From the IMG/VR virus record IMGVR_UViG_3300038809_000021, positions 7,782 to 71,781 of that record: a stretch of DNA of 64,000 nucleotides; one strand, given 5' to 3'. Below are positions 38,373-46,981 of this stretch, piece by piece (the first letter of the stretch is position 1; every line of letters starts with the position of its first letter). The notes under the pieces were generated by a model. It did not search any database. It worked only from the letters and a program-made list of their open reading frames with translations, and had not been told where the DNA came from. The stretch is from a virus. Position numbers and translations under genes: made by a program.

Positions 38373-38436
38373 CCAACCCACCCCTTTTATATAACTCTTA
38401 TTCTTGTATCTGAGTTATTAAATAGGGGTGGGTTGG
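38373..38436. repeat. 64-bp imperfect palindrome with AT-rich core
   Basis: CCAACCCACCCCT (38373-38385) / AGGGGTGGGTTGG (38424-38436), plus inner TTTA and ATAACTC / GAGTTAT-TAAA pairing. Confidence 0.85.
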
Positions 38437-38474
38437 TCTTGGAAATCCAGGCTCCGGTATCAGCTTTCGCCTCA

Positions 38475-38503
38475 TAGACAACCCTTACGCTCGCTTCTAT
38501 CAT
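38475..38503 (+). promoter_or_regulatory. Putative promoter of replication module
   Basis: TAGACA-17 nt-TATCAT. Confidence 0.6.
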
Positions 38504-38534
38504 TGCAGCTCGACACACGCAGAGCGCTCCCGCA

Positions 38535-39260
38535 ATGAACTCTCAAATCCCAGGTTACGATTGGTCCGGTACCGACTGTGACGGACTAGCTCTTCGATTC
38601 ATCCCTCTGAACCTCCTGCAAGAAGAACCCGAGCTGGCCACGACCAAGCATTGGGACTATCGCTTCATGCACCCCACGCAAGCCACGCAGACCTACGCCC
38701 ACGCATACGCCGCCGCCCTCAAGCGAGCTGTCAGTCGTCGCACTGACATCTGGAAGGGACTGAACATGAAAGGCTTGAAGAGCCCGGTGATCTTCGAGCT
38801 GGCCCCAAACGCAATCACCGGGTTCTGGAAAGGCCGTCAGATGGCAGACCGCATCGGGTGCCCTTACGACTTCTATTGTGAACACGCGATGCTGTTCGCA
38901 GACAAAGCCCGGATGCACTACTTGCCCCAGTCGAGCGGCATGTACACCAGGACGGTCCCTGAGCGTCTTGAGGGGCTTCCGAGCATGGTCGAGTACATCG
39001 TTGAGCGTTGGGTAGCGCGGACGTCCCACAGCAACTTCTACGCGACCCACGAAGCGTATCTGGCCGACAACTACGTGGGTGGGCCAGATCAGATCGACTA
39101 CCTCAACTGGCTGTTCGACAGGATCAAGGGCAGCAACATGCCAGAAGGCGTGCTATGCACCATCATCGAAAAGGGTCAGATCAGTCGCGAGCAAGTGATG
39201 ACCGCGTTCCCGCAGACAGGCAATGACCTGTACTCACGGGCGATGCGACTCTGCCAATAG
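38535..39260 (+). CDS. Hypothetical protein heading the replication module
   Basis: 241 aa ORF with phage-like codon usage; no motif recognised. Confidence 0.75.
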   Translation: MNSQIPGYDWSGTDCDGLALRFIPLNLLQEEPELATTKHWDYRFMHPTQATQTYAHAYAAALKRAVSRRTDIWKGLNMKGLKSPVIFELAPNAITGFWKGRQMADRIGCPYDFYCEHAMLFADKARMHYLPQSSGMYTRTVPERLEGLPSMVEYIVERWVARTSHSNFYATHEAYLADNYVGGPDQIDYLNWLFDRIKGSNMPEGVLCTIIEKGQISREQVMTAFPQTGNDLYSRAMRLCQ

Positions 39261-39326
39261 CTTCTGATTCGGGCAGCGCGTATGCTGCGCACTCTTTTAC
39301 GCATCACTCAAACGGAAAATTCAACC

Positions 39327-39593
39327 ATGCAAGACCAAGACAATAAAGTTGTCCCATTTGATCGGGACAAGAAGAACAAGAAGCCTCTCGACACCCGCAA
39401 CGGGCACGAGACGATCCTCAAAGGCTTCATTGTTCGTCGCGAAACCATCGCACTGAACCTCATGAACGGCAAGATTCACACAGGCAGGGTCACGCAGTTC
39501 GACAACTACACAATCACCATTCAGCTTGAAACGGGTCGGCTCAAGACCTTTTACAAGCACTGCATCGAATCCTTCAACACCGCTCAAGTCTGA
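39327..39593 (+). CDS. hfq: Hfq-like Sm-fold RNA-binding protein
   Basis: Sm1-like LNLMNGKIHTGRVTQFDNYTITI and Sm2-like FYKHCIESF (cf. Hfq YKHAI). Confidence 0.75.
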   Translation: MQDQDNKVVPFDRDKKNKKPLDTRNGHETILKGFIVRRETIALNLMNGKIHTGRVTQFDNYTITIQLETGRLKTFYKHCIESFNTAQV

Positions 39594-39601
39594 GGTCAAC
39601 C

Positions 39602-41086
39602 ATGTCCACCGAACACGAAGAGATTCAAACCTCTTTGGCGGACCAATTGGCTCGTCAAATGGGTATGACGTCAGAGATTGACGCCGATGACATGGAAGAA
39701 ATGGAAGAGCAGTTCGAAAGCGTCATGCAGATGGCGTCGAAGATCAAGCCTCTGCCCAAGCTGAGCGAAGATGAAATCCCGTTCGAGTTCGACGCCGACT
39801 TCCAGACGAAGATCGCAATCCTCTGCTGCCGGGATGAAGTGTTCTACCGTCGCTGCGAAGGTCTGGTGAAGGCTGAATACTTCGAAGACAGGGCGCAGGC
39901 TGCCCTGGTTCACATCGCCGCTTCTTATCACGAGCGCTACAAGCGTTTGCCAGAGCGCAGCGAATGGACAGAGCTGATCAAGGACGCCAAAGCCGAGAAG
40001 GTCATTCGTGACGATGACATCCCAGGCATGGTCGCATCGCTCAAGCACATCCGATCGGCACCGCTGCCGGCTCGTGATTACGCTGTAGACAAGGTGGCCG
40101 GGTTCGCAAAGAAGCAAGCGATCCAGATGGCCTATCTCCAGACAATCCCAATGGTGGAAAAGGGTGAACATGAGAAAGCACAAAAAATCATGCAGCTTGC
40201 GTTTAACACAGGCGCGCAGGCTGTCGTTCAAGACAACGACTACTGGAACGACCTCGAAACCCGAACCCAATATCGACGAGACGTTGAAGCCGGCCTGATC
40301 AAGAAAGACGGCATCACCACGGGTCTTCCCAAACTCGACAAGATGCTCTACCACAACGGGTGGGGTCGCAAAGAACTGTCCGTGATCATGGGCGGTGCCA
40401 AGAAGGGCAAGTCAACGGGTCTGCTGCACTGGGCACTGGCTGCATCACAGAAGGGCTACAACACCCTGTATGTGACGCTCGAAGTAGCCGCGAAGATCAT
40501 CATGGAGCGGATGGACGCCAACGTCAGCGGCATCGACATGAGCGACCTGACTGTCAAGCTGAACGAAGTCGAGAAGGGCGTGAAAGACCGCGCTGGCATT
40601 CGCAAGCCAGGCGTCTTGAAGGTCACAGAGTTCGCATCCGGCACCATGACTTGCGCCGACCTGCGCAAAGTGATCGAGTTCTACCGTGCCCAGGGCATCA
40701 TCTTCGATTGCATCGTGGTCGACTACGCCGACATTATGGCTGCCGAAATCAAGTCGGGTAACGACATCAACGAATCGAAGCAGGTGTGGTTGGGTCTGCG
40801 AGCGATTGCCCACGAAGAGAACGTGGCCATGCTCACAGCGACACAGACGAACCGAGCAGGCTTCACAGCAGACGTGGCCAAAGCAGAACACGCCGCAGAA
40901 GACTTCAACAAAATCCGTATTGCCGACTTGGTGTTGACCATCAACCGCACGGACGAAGAGAAGACGAAGGGCGAGGCCCGGCTGTACTTCGCAGCGTCAC
41001 GTAACCAAGCAGGCGAGTTCACCCTGAAAATCAGCCAGGACCTGGGCAAGATGCGCTTCATGACCGGCATCCTCGAAATCTCCTGA
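39602..41086 (+). CDS. dnaB: Replicative DnaB/gp41-like helicase
   Basis: Walker A GGAKKGKST, YVTLE, IVVDYAD, TATQTNR, LYFAASRN. Confidence 0.9.
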   Translation: MSTEHEEIQTSLADQLARQMGMTSEIDADDMEEMEEQFESVMQMASKIKPLPKLSEDEIPFEFDADFQTKIAILCCRDEVFYRRCEGLVKAEYFEDRAQAALVHIAASYHERYKRLPERSEWTELIKDAKAEKVIRDDDIPGMVASLKHIRSAPLPARDYAVDKVAGFAKKQAIQMAYLQTIPMVEKGEHEKAQKIMQLAFNTGAQAVVQDNDYWNDLETRTQYRRDVEAGLIKKDGITTGLPKLDKMLYHNGWGRKELSVIMGGAKKGKSTGLLHWALAASQKGYNTLYVTLEVAAKIIMERMDANVSGIDMSDLTVKLNEVEKGVKDRAGIRKPGVLKVTEFASGTMTCADLRKVIEFYRAQGIIFDCIVVDYADIMAAEIKSGNDINESKQVWLGLRAIAHEENVAMLTATQTNRAGFTADVAKAEHAAEDFNKIRIADLVLTINRTDEEKTKGEARLYFAASRNQAGEFTLKISQDLGKMRFMTGILEIS

Positions 41087-41105
41087 CACTCCCCGCGATA
41101 GACCA

Positions 41106-41135
41106 GACTCAAGCGTGCATACTCGCGCTTGAGTC
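41106..41135. repeat. Perfect 10-bp inverted repeat with a -10-like CATACT in the loop
   Basis: GACTCAAGCG / CGCTTGAGTC. Confidence 0.7.
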
Positions 41136-41165
41136 ATTCAAACATAAGCACGCAGCGAGATTCCC

Positions 41166-41468
41166 ATGAACCAGTTCGCTCACCTCTTCGAGTTCACGGA
41201 CCTGGGCCAGATTCTGGTCGTCAGGGACACGAACGACGGCGACGATGACGAAGGCACAGTGCCTTGCATCAAGATCAGCTTCACCACTCCCGACACCGGC
41301 TTGAACGTCATGAAACTCCTTTTCAGCGATGACAAGGAAGACGAGCGAGACGAAGCCTTCAACAAGCTGGCCGACCCGGCCGCCATCTACGCAATGATGA
41401 AAGAGCAGATCGCCAAGCTGTCTGGCATGTTCGTCTCTGATGTAGAGGTGGATGACGATGACGACTAA
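41166..41468 (+). CDS. Small highly acidic hypothetical protein
   Basis: 100 aa, roughly a quarter Asp/Glu. Confidence 0.7.
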   Translation: MNQFAHLFEFTDLGQILVVRDTNDGDDDEGTVPCIKISFTTPDTGLNVMKLLFSDDKEDERDEAFNKLADPAAIYAMMKEQIAKLSGMFVSDVEVDDDDD

Positions 41469-41877
41469 GTGCGATCCGAAAGTGCCGTGCAAGCAGTGTG
41501 CGTTCCGTCGAGACATCGAACCCGGTGCCCTGGGCGGCAGCGAGCCAGAGGTCTACATCGGTCAAACCAACGGCCCGTTCTATATCCCCTGCCACTGTCA
41601 CTACACCAGCGACACGCCCAACTGGAAGGCTCAAGCGATGCAGGCACCGCAGTGCGCCGGTAGCCGGGTGTTCAGAGCCAACATCGAGAACACCAATCAC
41701 CCTTCACTCCTGGGCCTGGAAGCGAATCACGAGCTGGTGTTCAGCAGCGCGGCAGAGTTCATCGCGCACCATCGGCAGATCAGCATCGAACAGGCGAACG
41801 ATCAGCTCGCCAAATACCCACCTGACCTGCTCACGCAGATCGAACTGAGCAAGGCAGAAGTAAGGAGAAAGACGTGA
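41458..41877 (+). CDS. Cys-rich hypothetical protein (DUF6283-like)
   Basis: PCKQCAFRRD ... PCHCH ... QCAG; GAGG RBS. Confidence 0.7.
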   Translation: MTTKCDPKVPCKQCAFRRDIEPGALGGSEPEVYIGQTNGPFYIPCHCHYTSDTPNWKAQAMQAPQCAGSRVFRANIENTNHPSLLGLEANHELVFSSAAEFIAHHRQISIEQANDQLAKYPPDLLTQIELSKAEVRRKT

Positions 41878-42218
41878 AGACCAAGACCAATGGCAAAGAG
41901 CTGAAACAGTTCTGGAACGAGGGCGAACCCTGGTGGCCGAAAGACGGCTTTGTCGAGGGCGACTGCTACGTGGTCAACGACGAAGAGAAGGACGACTCTT
42001 GGGAGCCGCTGTCGGCCGCAGACACTGATCAGATCACCATCATTGCTGGCTGCATCTGTGACGGCACCGGTACCGATGAAGGACGTGACTTGCAGACCGT
42101 GTTCCGTAAGTGGCGCAAGTCGCTGACAACCCGGATTCTGCTCGTTGAAGTGGCCGCAGAGAACTTGGACGAAGTGATCTACGGCATCAAGCGTGGGAAG
42201 GGCAAGATCATTTCTTGA
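41874..42218 (+). CDS. Hypothetical protein
   Basis: AAGGAG RBS, GTGA overlap. Confidence 0.7.
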   Translation: MKTKTNGKELKQFWNEGEPWWPKDGFVEGDCYVVNDEEKDDSWEPLSAADTDQITIIAGCICDGTGTDEGRDLQTVFRKWRKSLTTRILLVEVAAENLDEVIYGIKRGKGKIIS

Positions 42219-42280
42219 TCCCAGGTCTTCCCAGACCCACGATGTTATCGTTACAACTCAAGCACTTAGCGAGGTGATGT

Positions 42281-42589
42281 ATGTTGAAAGTAGGAGAACG
42301 TGCAGGGTTTGTTATCTCTGCAACTGGCGCAGGCGGTGAGAACGGCGGTACCGTCAAACTCGTCGGCTACGGTGTGTACGAGGGCGAGTTCATCCCGCCA
42401 GTTGAAATCAGCCCAAGCATGAACGCTCTGTGTATCCCGAACCCGCGTATCAAGCTCGACAGCGGGCAGGTTGCATACGGCTTCGAGGGCTACTGGGGCT
42501 CCGAAGAGAAGTTCAAGGAGTTCGTCGGCAAGCACGCGAACGTGGTCAACGTTGACATCGACCAATATCGCAAGGAGAACCCACAGTGA
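42281..42589 (+). CDS. Hypothetical protein
   Basis: GAGG RBS; own putative promoter at ~42223-42251. Confidence 0.7.
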   Translation: MLKVGERAGFVISATGAGGENGGTVKLVGYGVYEGEFIPPVEISPSMNALCIPNPRIKLDSGQVAYGFEGYWGSEEKFKEFVGKHANVVNVDIDQYRKENPQ

Positions 42590-42840
42590 GCGACGTACCT
42601 CTGCTCAGCACCGGCGCCCCAGCAACCCTGGGCACGCTGCTGGAAATGTGTCAGATCACTTTCGGTGAAGACTCCGGCTCGGTCGACTACCTCAAGGAGA
42701 AGATCGCGGAGTCTCCGAACGGTGCCGACGAAGTGGTCATTGCTGACGAGCGCCAGACGATTCTGCTTCTGGCCAAGTTGCACGACATGAAGCTTCACCT
42801 GACTGGTGAAGGCAACGTTGTGCCAAAAGTGATCGACTGA
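42586..42840 (+). CDS. Hypothetical protein
   Basis: AAGGAG RBS, GTGA overlap. Confidence 0.7.
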   Translation: MSDVPLLSTGAPATLGTLLEMCQITFGEDSGSVDYLKEKIAESPNGADEVVIADERQTILLLAKLHDMKLHLTGEGNVVPKVID

Positions 42841-43949
42841 TGGCCGGCTCAGGCAGTGACGAAATCGAAGACCTGATTGATATGGTCGACATGGAAGACT
42901 TCCTGGGCTTTGAGAGCATTGATTATCGGGTCACTCGCGGGCGATCCGGTACTCAATTGAACCTTCGTGAGTGCCCACGCTGTGGGGGCCGCGACTGGAA
43001 AGTCTACCTGAACGCCGAAACGGGTTTGGGTAGCTGCTTTCAAGGCTCATGTGCAGGCGAGCCAGGGTTCAACAAGTACAGCTTCATCTGGCACCTGAAC
43101 GATCGCAACCACAAGGATACGATTCAGGTTCTCAAGCGCTACGCGGGTAGCCTGGGCTGGCGGCCGAAGAGTGCGAAAGCTCCGCGCCCACCAGACGAAA
43201 ACCCCGAAGAAATCACAATGCCTGACAGCATCGAGCTGCCGATCAAAGGTCGCACGCTCAAGTACCTGTCAGATCGCGGCTTCGATGCAGCGATGGCCGA
43301 GTATTTCGGCTGGCGATTCAGCAAGTCAGGTGTGTATCGCTACACCCTGCACGGCGAAGAGAAGGAACAGAACTGGTCGAACCGTGTTGTGATCCCGGTG
43401 TTCGGGGTTGACGGCAAGCTCGTGACGTTTCAGGGGCGCAGCACAGAGACAGACCCGTTCCAGAAGTACCTGTTCCCACCAGGGCTCGCAGGCGCCGGTC
43501 GCTTCATCTACAACGCGCACAGAGCTGTGGGCTTGAAGGAAGTGGTTCTGTCAGAGGGCGTGTTCGACGTTGCAGCGGTCAAGAAGGCGTTCGACGAAGA
43601 CATCACGTTCAAGGACGTGGGCATCTGCGGGACGTTCGGTAAGCATCTGTCGATGGCAGAGAGCGGCGCCGAGAACGATCAGCTCAGTGACCTCAAGTAT
43701 CTCAAGAGCCAGGGGCTGGAAGAAATCACGATGATGTGGGACGGCTCAGCGGACGCTGTGCTTGCAGCGGTGAAGACCGGGCTGAATCTGCGCAGCTACG
43801 GTTTCAAGGTGAAGCTCGCGATCCTGCCGCTGGACAAAGACCCCAACGAAGTAGACACGGAAGTTGTGCGACAGGCATTCGTCAAGGCGAAGGTGCTAAC
43901 GCCGCTCACCGCCGCTTCGATCATGTCAAAATTCACTTTCTCGCAGTAA
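42840..43949 (+). CDS. dnaG: DNA primase (zinc finger plus TOPRIM)
   Basis: CPRC ... CFQGSC zinc finger, FQGR, LSEGVFD, MWDG TOPRIM motifs. Confidence 0.88.
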   Translation: MAGSGSDEIEDLIDMVDMEDFLGFESIDYRVTRGRSGTQLNLRECPRCGGRDWKVYLNAETGLGSCFQGSCAGEPGFNKYSFIWHLNDRNHKDTIQVLKRYAGSLGWRPKSAKAPRPPDENPEEITMPDSIELPIKGRTLKYLSDRGFDAAMAEYFGWRFSKSGVYRYTLHGEEKEQNWSNRVVIPVFGVDGKLVTFQGRSTETDPFQKYLFPPGLAGAGRFIYNAHRAVGLKEVVLSEGVFDVAAVKKAFDEDITFKDVGICGTFGKHLSMAESGAENDQLSDLKYLKSQGLEEITMMWDGSADAVLAAVKTGLNLRSYGFKVKLAILPLDKDPNEVDTEVVRQAFVKAKVLTPLTAASIMSKFTFSQ

Positions 43950-43967
43950 TACACAGGACAGAAGAAC

Positions 43968-44759
43968 ATGGCATCAATCACCCCATATACGCTCGATAAC
44001 CTCGACTCAACGAAGGTGATTGACGTTACGTGGAACATCATTCGACCATTCTCGCCAGACGACACGCGCCCGGCGCGCATGACCGTTTCTGACCTGCACT
44101 CTCAGCATGGTGAGTTCGTTTCATCCATGATCACTTGTGTTCACCCTGATGGCGGCAAGTTCTGGGAATCTATGTTCATCCCAACCAACATGACGGGCGG
44201 CACAGGTATCTCGATCACTCGCTGGGGCAAGCAAGCGACACGCGGGCAGATGCAAGCGAAGGCTGTGTCAGAGCATGAGTGGTACAAGACAGTCAAATCG
44301 AAAGCAGTCTCAGGCGGATACGAGGTCAAGAACTTCGTCGGCCGGCAGACGCCTCTTTCGAGTGATCACCAGTTCGTGAAGCTGCTGCATGAAGACGCGG
44401 CGGTACCGACTCTTCCAGCGTTCGCTTTCTCGCCATTGCAGAAGAGCGTTGTCGGCAAAGCAGCCGGGCCAGAAGGGTTGGGCTACGTGATGGGCAAAGC
44501 CCTGGCCAATATCATTCCAACCGAACAGTTCATGCGCAACATGGCAACGAGTGGTCATGATTGGCTGAACGCCGTAGCAGCCGCAGCAAACGGTCTGGCC
44601 GTTGAATCAGCCGATGTGGTTGCAGGCTTTCTGAGAGGCGTAGGCGAGCATGGCAATCCCACCGTTGCCCAGGTCAGCAAGAAAGGCGTTGTGACGCCAC
44701 CAGAGCCGCAGATAGATCGCGAAGAGGTCTACGGTGGTGGATGGGGCGCGTTCGGCTGA
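43968..44759 (+). CDS. WGR-domain protein
   Basis: GKFWES ... TRWGKQATRGQ ... KSKAVSGGY; ends in GGWGAFG. Confidence 0.65.
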   Translation: MASITPYTLDNLDSTKVIDVTWNIIRPFSPDDTRPARMTVSDLHSQHGEFVSSMITCVHPDGGKFWESMFIPTNMTGGTGISITRWGKQATRGQMQAKAVSEHEWYKTVKSKAVSGGYEVKNFVGRQTPLSSDHQFVKLLHEDAAVPTLPAFAFSPLQKSVVGKAAGPEGLGYVMGKALANIIPTEQFMRNMATSGHDWLNAVAAAANGLAVESADVVAGFLRGVGEHGNPTVAQVSKKGVVTPPEPQIDREEVYGGGWGAFG

Positions 44760-44833
44760 TACAGGCCACCAGAAGCTCCCAGCGCACAGCTTTTATAATG
44801 TGCGCTGCAACACTCAAACACGAGAATCAAACA

Positions 44834-45475
44834 ATGACCGAAGTCGTCGAAGCGGAACTGATCCCCATTTACCCGATTGAGCAATCAATGAACGGGCGTA
44901 ATGGCATGTACATGTTCTGCGAACAGCGCGGGCAGTCTGTGAGTTACGCGGTCTGTCTGCACACGCTGCGCCGGATCGAAGCGAACTCGCTGCCCGCTGA
45001 AATCGCAGTCGAGTGTCAGCGCGGGTATTGCCACAACAATTGCCCTGCGAAAGTGATGAAGGCGGAAGAAGTCGCAGCCGGTCACGCGCTGTACTGGAAG
45101 CCTATGCGTCGTCACATCACCGACCCAACCCCAGTCGAAGAGCGCAAGTCTGGTGCAACCAGCAGCGGCAAGTACGACATGAGCAGCGCCAGCTACGCAC
45201 GAGGCTGGGCAATCGGTGGCGGGGCCGGCGAGCAACGTGATCGTCCAGCGCCCAAGAAGCGCACCCCACCGCCAGCACCGAAGCCGAAGTCTGGCTTCAT
45301 CGAAGCAACCAACGCCGATCTGGTCAACGCTGTGATGGCTGACGACAAGAAGGCAAAGGCTGCGCCGAAAGTAGAAGCAGCACCCGTCAAACCCTCAACT
45401 CAACCAATGCGCCCGGAACCAGGTGAGTCGATGCCCGACTTCATCAAACGCCGCGCAGCAGCACTCAGGGCTTAA
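44834..45475 (+). CDS. Hypothetical protein with N-terminal Cys cluster and basic Pro-rich tail
   Basis: FCEQRG ... YAVCLH ... ECQRGYCHNNCPA; own putative promoter. Confidence 0.7.
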   Translation: MTEVVEAELIPIYPIEQSMNGRNGMYMFCEQRGQSVSYAVCLHTLRRIEANSLPAEIAVECQRGYCHNNCPAKVMKAEEVAAGHALYWKPMRRHITDPTPVEERKSGATSSGKYDMSSASYARGWAIGGGAGEQRDRPAPKKRTPPPAPKPKSGFIEATNADLVNAVMADDKKAKAAPKVEAAPVKPSTQPMRPEPGESMPDFIKRRAAALRA

Positions 45476-45478
45476 CCG

Positions 45479-46861
45479 ATGAATTCGACACAAATCTATA
45501 GCGCGATTGAACAGATCGCGGCCGAACCTTCGAAGAACGAGAAGGAGAAACTGGTCAAGCAGTTCATGGAGGACGACGAGTTCCGTGACGTGCTGCGCCA
45601 GGCTCTGGATCCATTCATCACTTTCGGCATTCGTCCGAAGCGTCATGAAGGTGTTGCTGGTACCGGCACCACCGACATCGACACCTACGCAATGCTGAAC
45701 AAGCTGGCAAGTCGCTCGCTGACTGGTGCAGCAGCAGCGCTGGCCGTCTCTACCGAACTTGCACGTCTGGACGCCGGTAGCAGCGAGCTTCTGTGGCGCA
45801 TCATCAACAAAGACCTCAAGGCCGGCTTCGGTGAAAGCACTGTCAACAAGGCGCACAAGGGCTTCTTCAAGTCGTTCCCGTACATGCGCTGCTCGCTGCC
45901 GAAAGACACTGACCTGACCAAGTGGCCCTGGGAACAGGGCGTGCTGTCGCAGCTCAAAGCCGATGGCATGTATGTGAACGTCAACGTCGAGCAAGACTCG
46001 GTGCAGCTCTCGACACGCCAGGGCAACCCGCTGCCGCTGAAAGGCTTCGAAGCGCTGGTCGCTGAACTGTCTGTTTCTATCAAGAGCGACACGCAGTCAC
46101 ACGGTGAGCTGTTGGTGTTCAACGCGAAGCTGGGTCGTCATGAAGCGCGTGAGATTGGCAACGGCCAGTTGAACCGTGTGATCCAGGGCGGCGAGTTCGA
46201 CGAAGGCTGCTACCCGGTGCTGGAACTGTGGGATCAAATCCCGCTGAGCGCTGTAGTGCCGAAGGGTTCGTACACCGTTCCCTACGTCAGCCGCCTGCGT
46301 GCGCTGAACGCACAGCTCCGCACCGGCAACGCCAAGCTGATCAGCGTGATCGAGACACGGGTCGTCAAGTCCCTGAAAGAAGCCTATCAGCACTACGCCG
46401 AGAAGCTGAAAGAGGGCAAAGAAGGCACGGTGATCAAGCACCCGGAAGCGATCTGGCGTGACTACACCAGCAAGGAGCAGATCAAGCTCAAGCTGGAAGC
46501 CGAAGTCGAGCTGATGGTTGTGGGCTTTGAAGAAGGCAAAGAAGGCGCCAAGACGGCCAAGACGTTCGGCTCGCTGCAACTGGCAAGCTCTGACGGCATA
46601 CTGCAAGTCAACTGCTCCGGCTTCACTGACGCACTGCGCCAGGAAATTCACGACGACCGTGAAGGCTGGATGTTCTCCATCGTGACTGTGCGCTCGAACG
46701 GGATCATGCGCAGCCTGGGCACCAAAGAAGACCCGCACAGCCTGTTCCTGCCGCGCTTCGTTGAGCGCCGCTATGACAAGGATGTTGCCGACAGCTTCGT
46801 TCGCATCGAAGAGCAATTCGAAGCGGCCATCGATCTGGTAGTGGCGCAAGCATCTGCGTAA
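45479..46861 (+). CDS. ATP-dependent DNA ligase
   Basis: QLKADG adenylation motif, EGTVIK, KLK, OB-fold ending SLFLPRF. Confidence 0.92.
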   Translation: MNSTQIYSAIEQIAAEPSKNEKEKLVKQFMEDDEFRDVLRQALDPFITFGIRPKRHEGVAGTGTTDIDTYAMLNKLASRSLTGAAAALAVSTELARLDAGSSELLWRIINKDLKAGFGESTVNKAHKGFFKSFPYMRCSLPKDTDLTKWPWEQGVLSQLKADGMYVNVNVEQDSVQLSTRQGNPLPLKGFEALVAELSVSIKSDTQSHGELLVFNAKLGRHEAREIGNGQLNRVIQGGEFDEGCYPVLELWDQIPLSAVVPKGSYTVPYVSRLRALNAQLRTGNAKLISVIETRVVKSLKEAYQHYAEKLKEGKEGTVIKHPEAIWRDYTSKEQIKLKLEAEVELMVVGFEEGKEGAKTAKTFGSLQLASSDGILQVNCSGFTDALRQEIHDDREGWMFSIVTVRSNGIMRSLGTKEDPHSLFLPRFVERRYDKDVADSFVRIEEQFEAAIDLVVAQASA

Positions 46862-46981
46862 CTGGCAATCACAGCAGCACGCACACGGGGCTATAGATGC
46901 CCCGTTTGCATTCGCTCATAATCAACGCTCATTCAGCAGCTATTCAAACGCTAATCAAACATCAATCAGGTGGAGTCCAGA

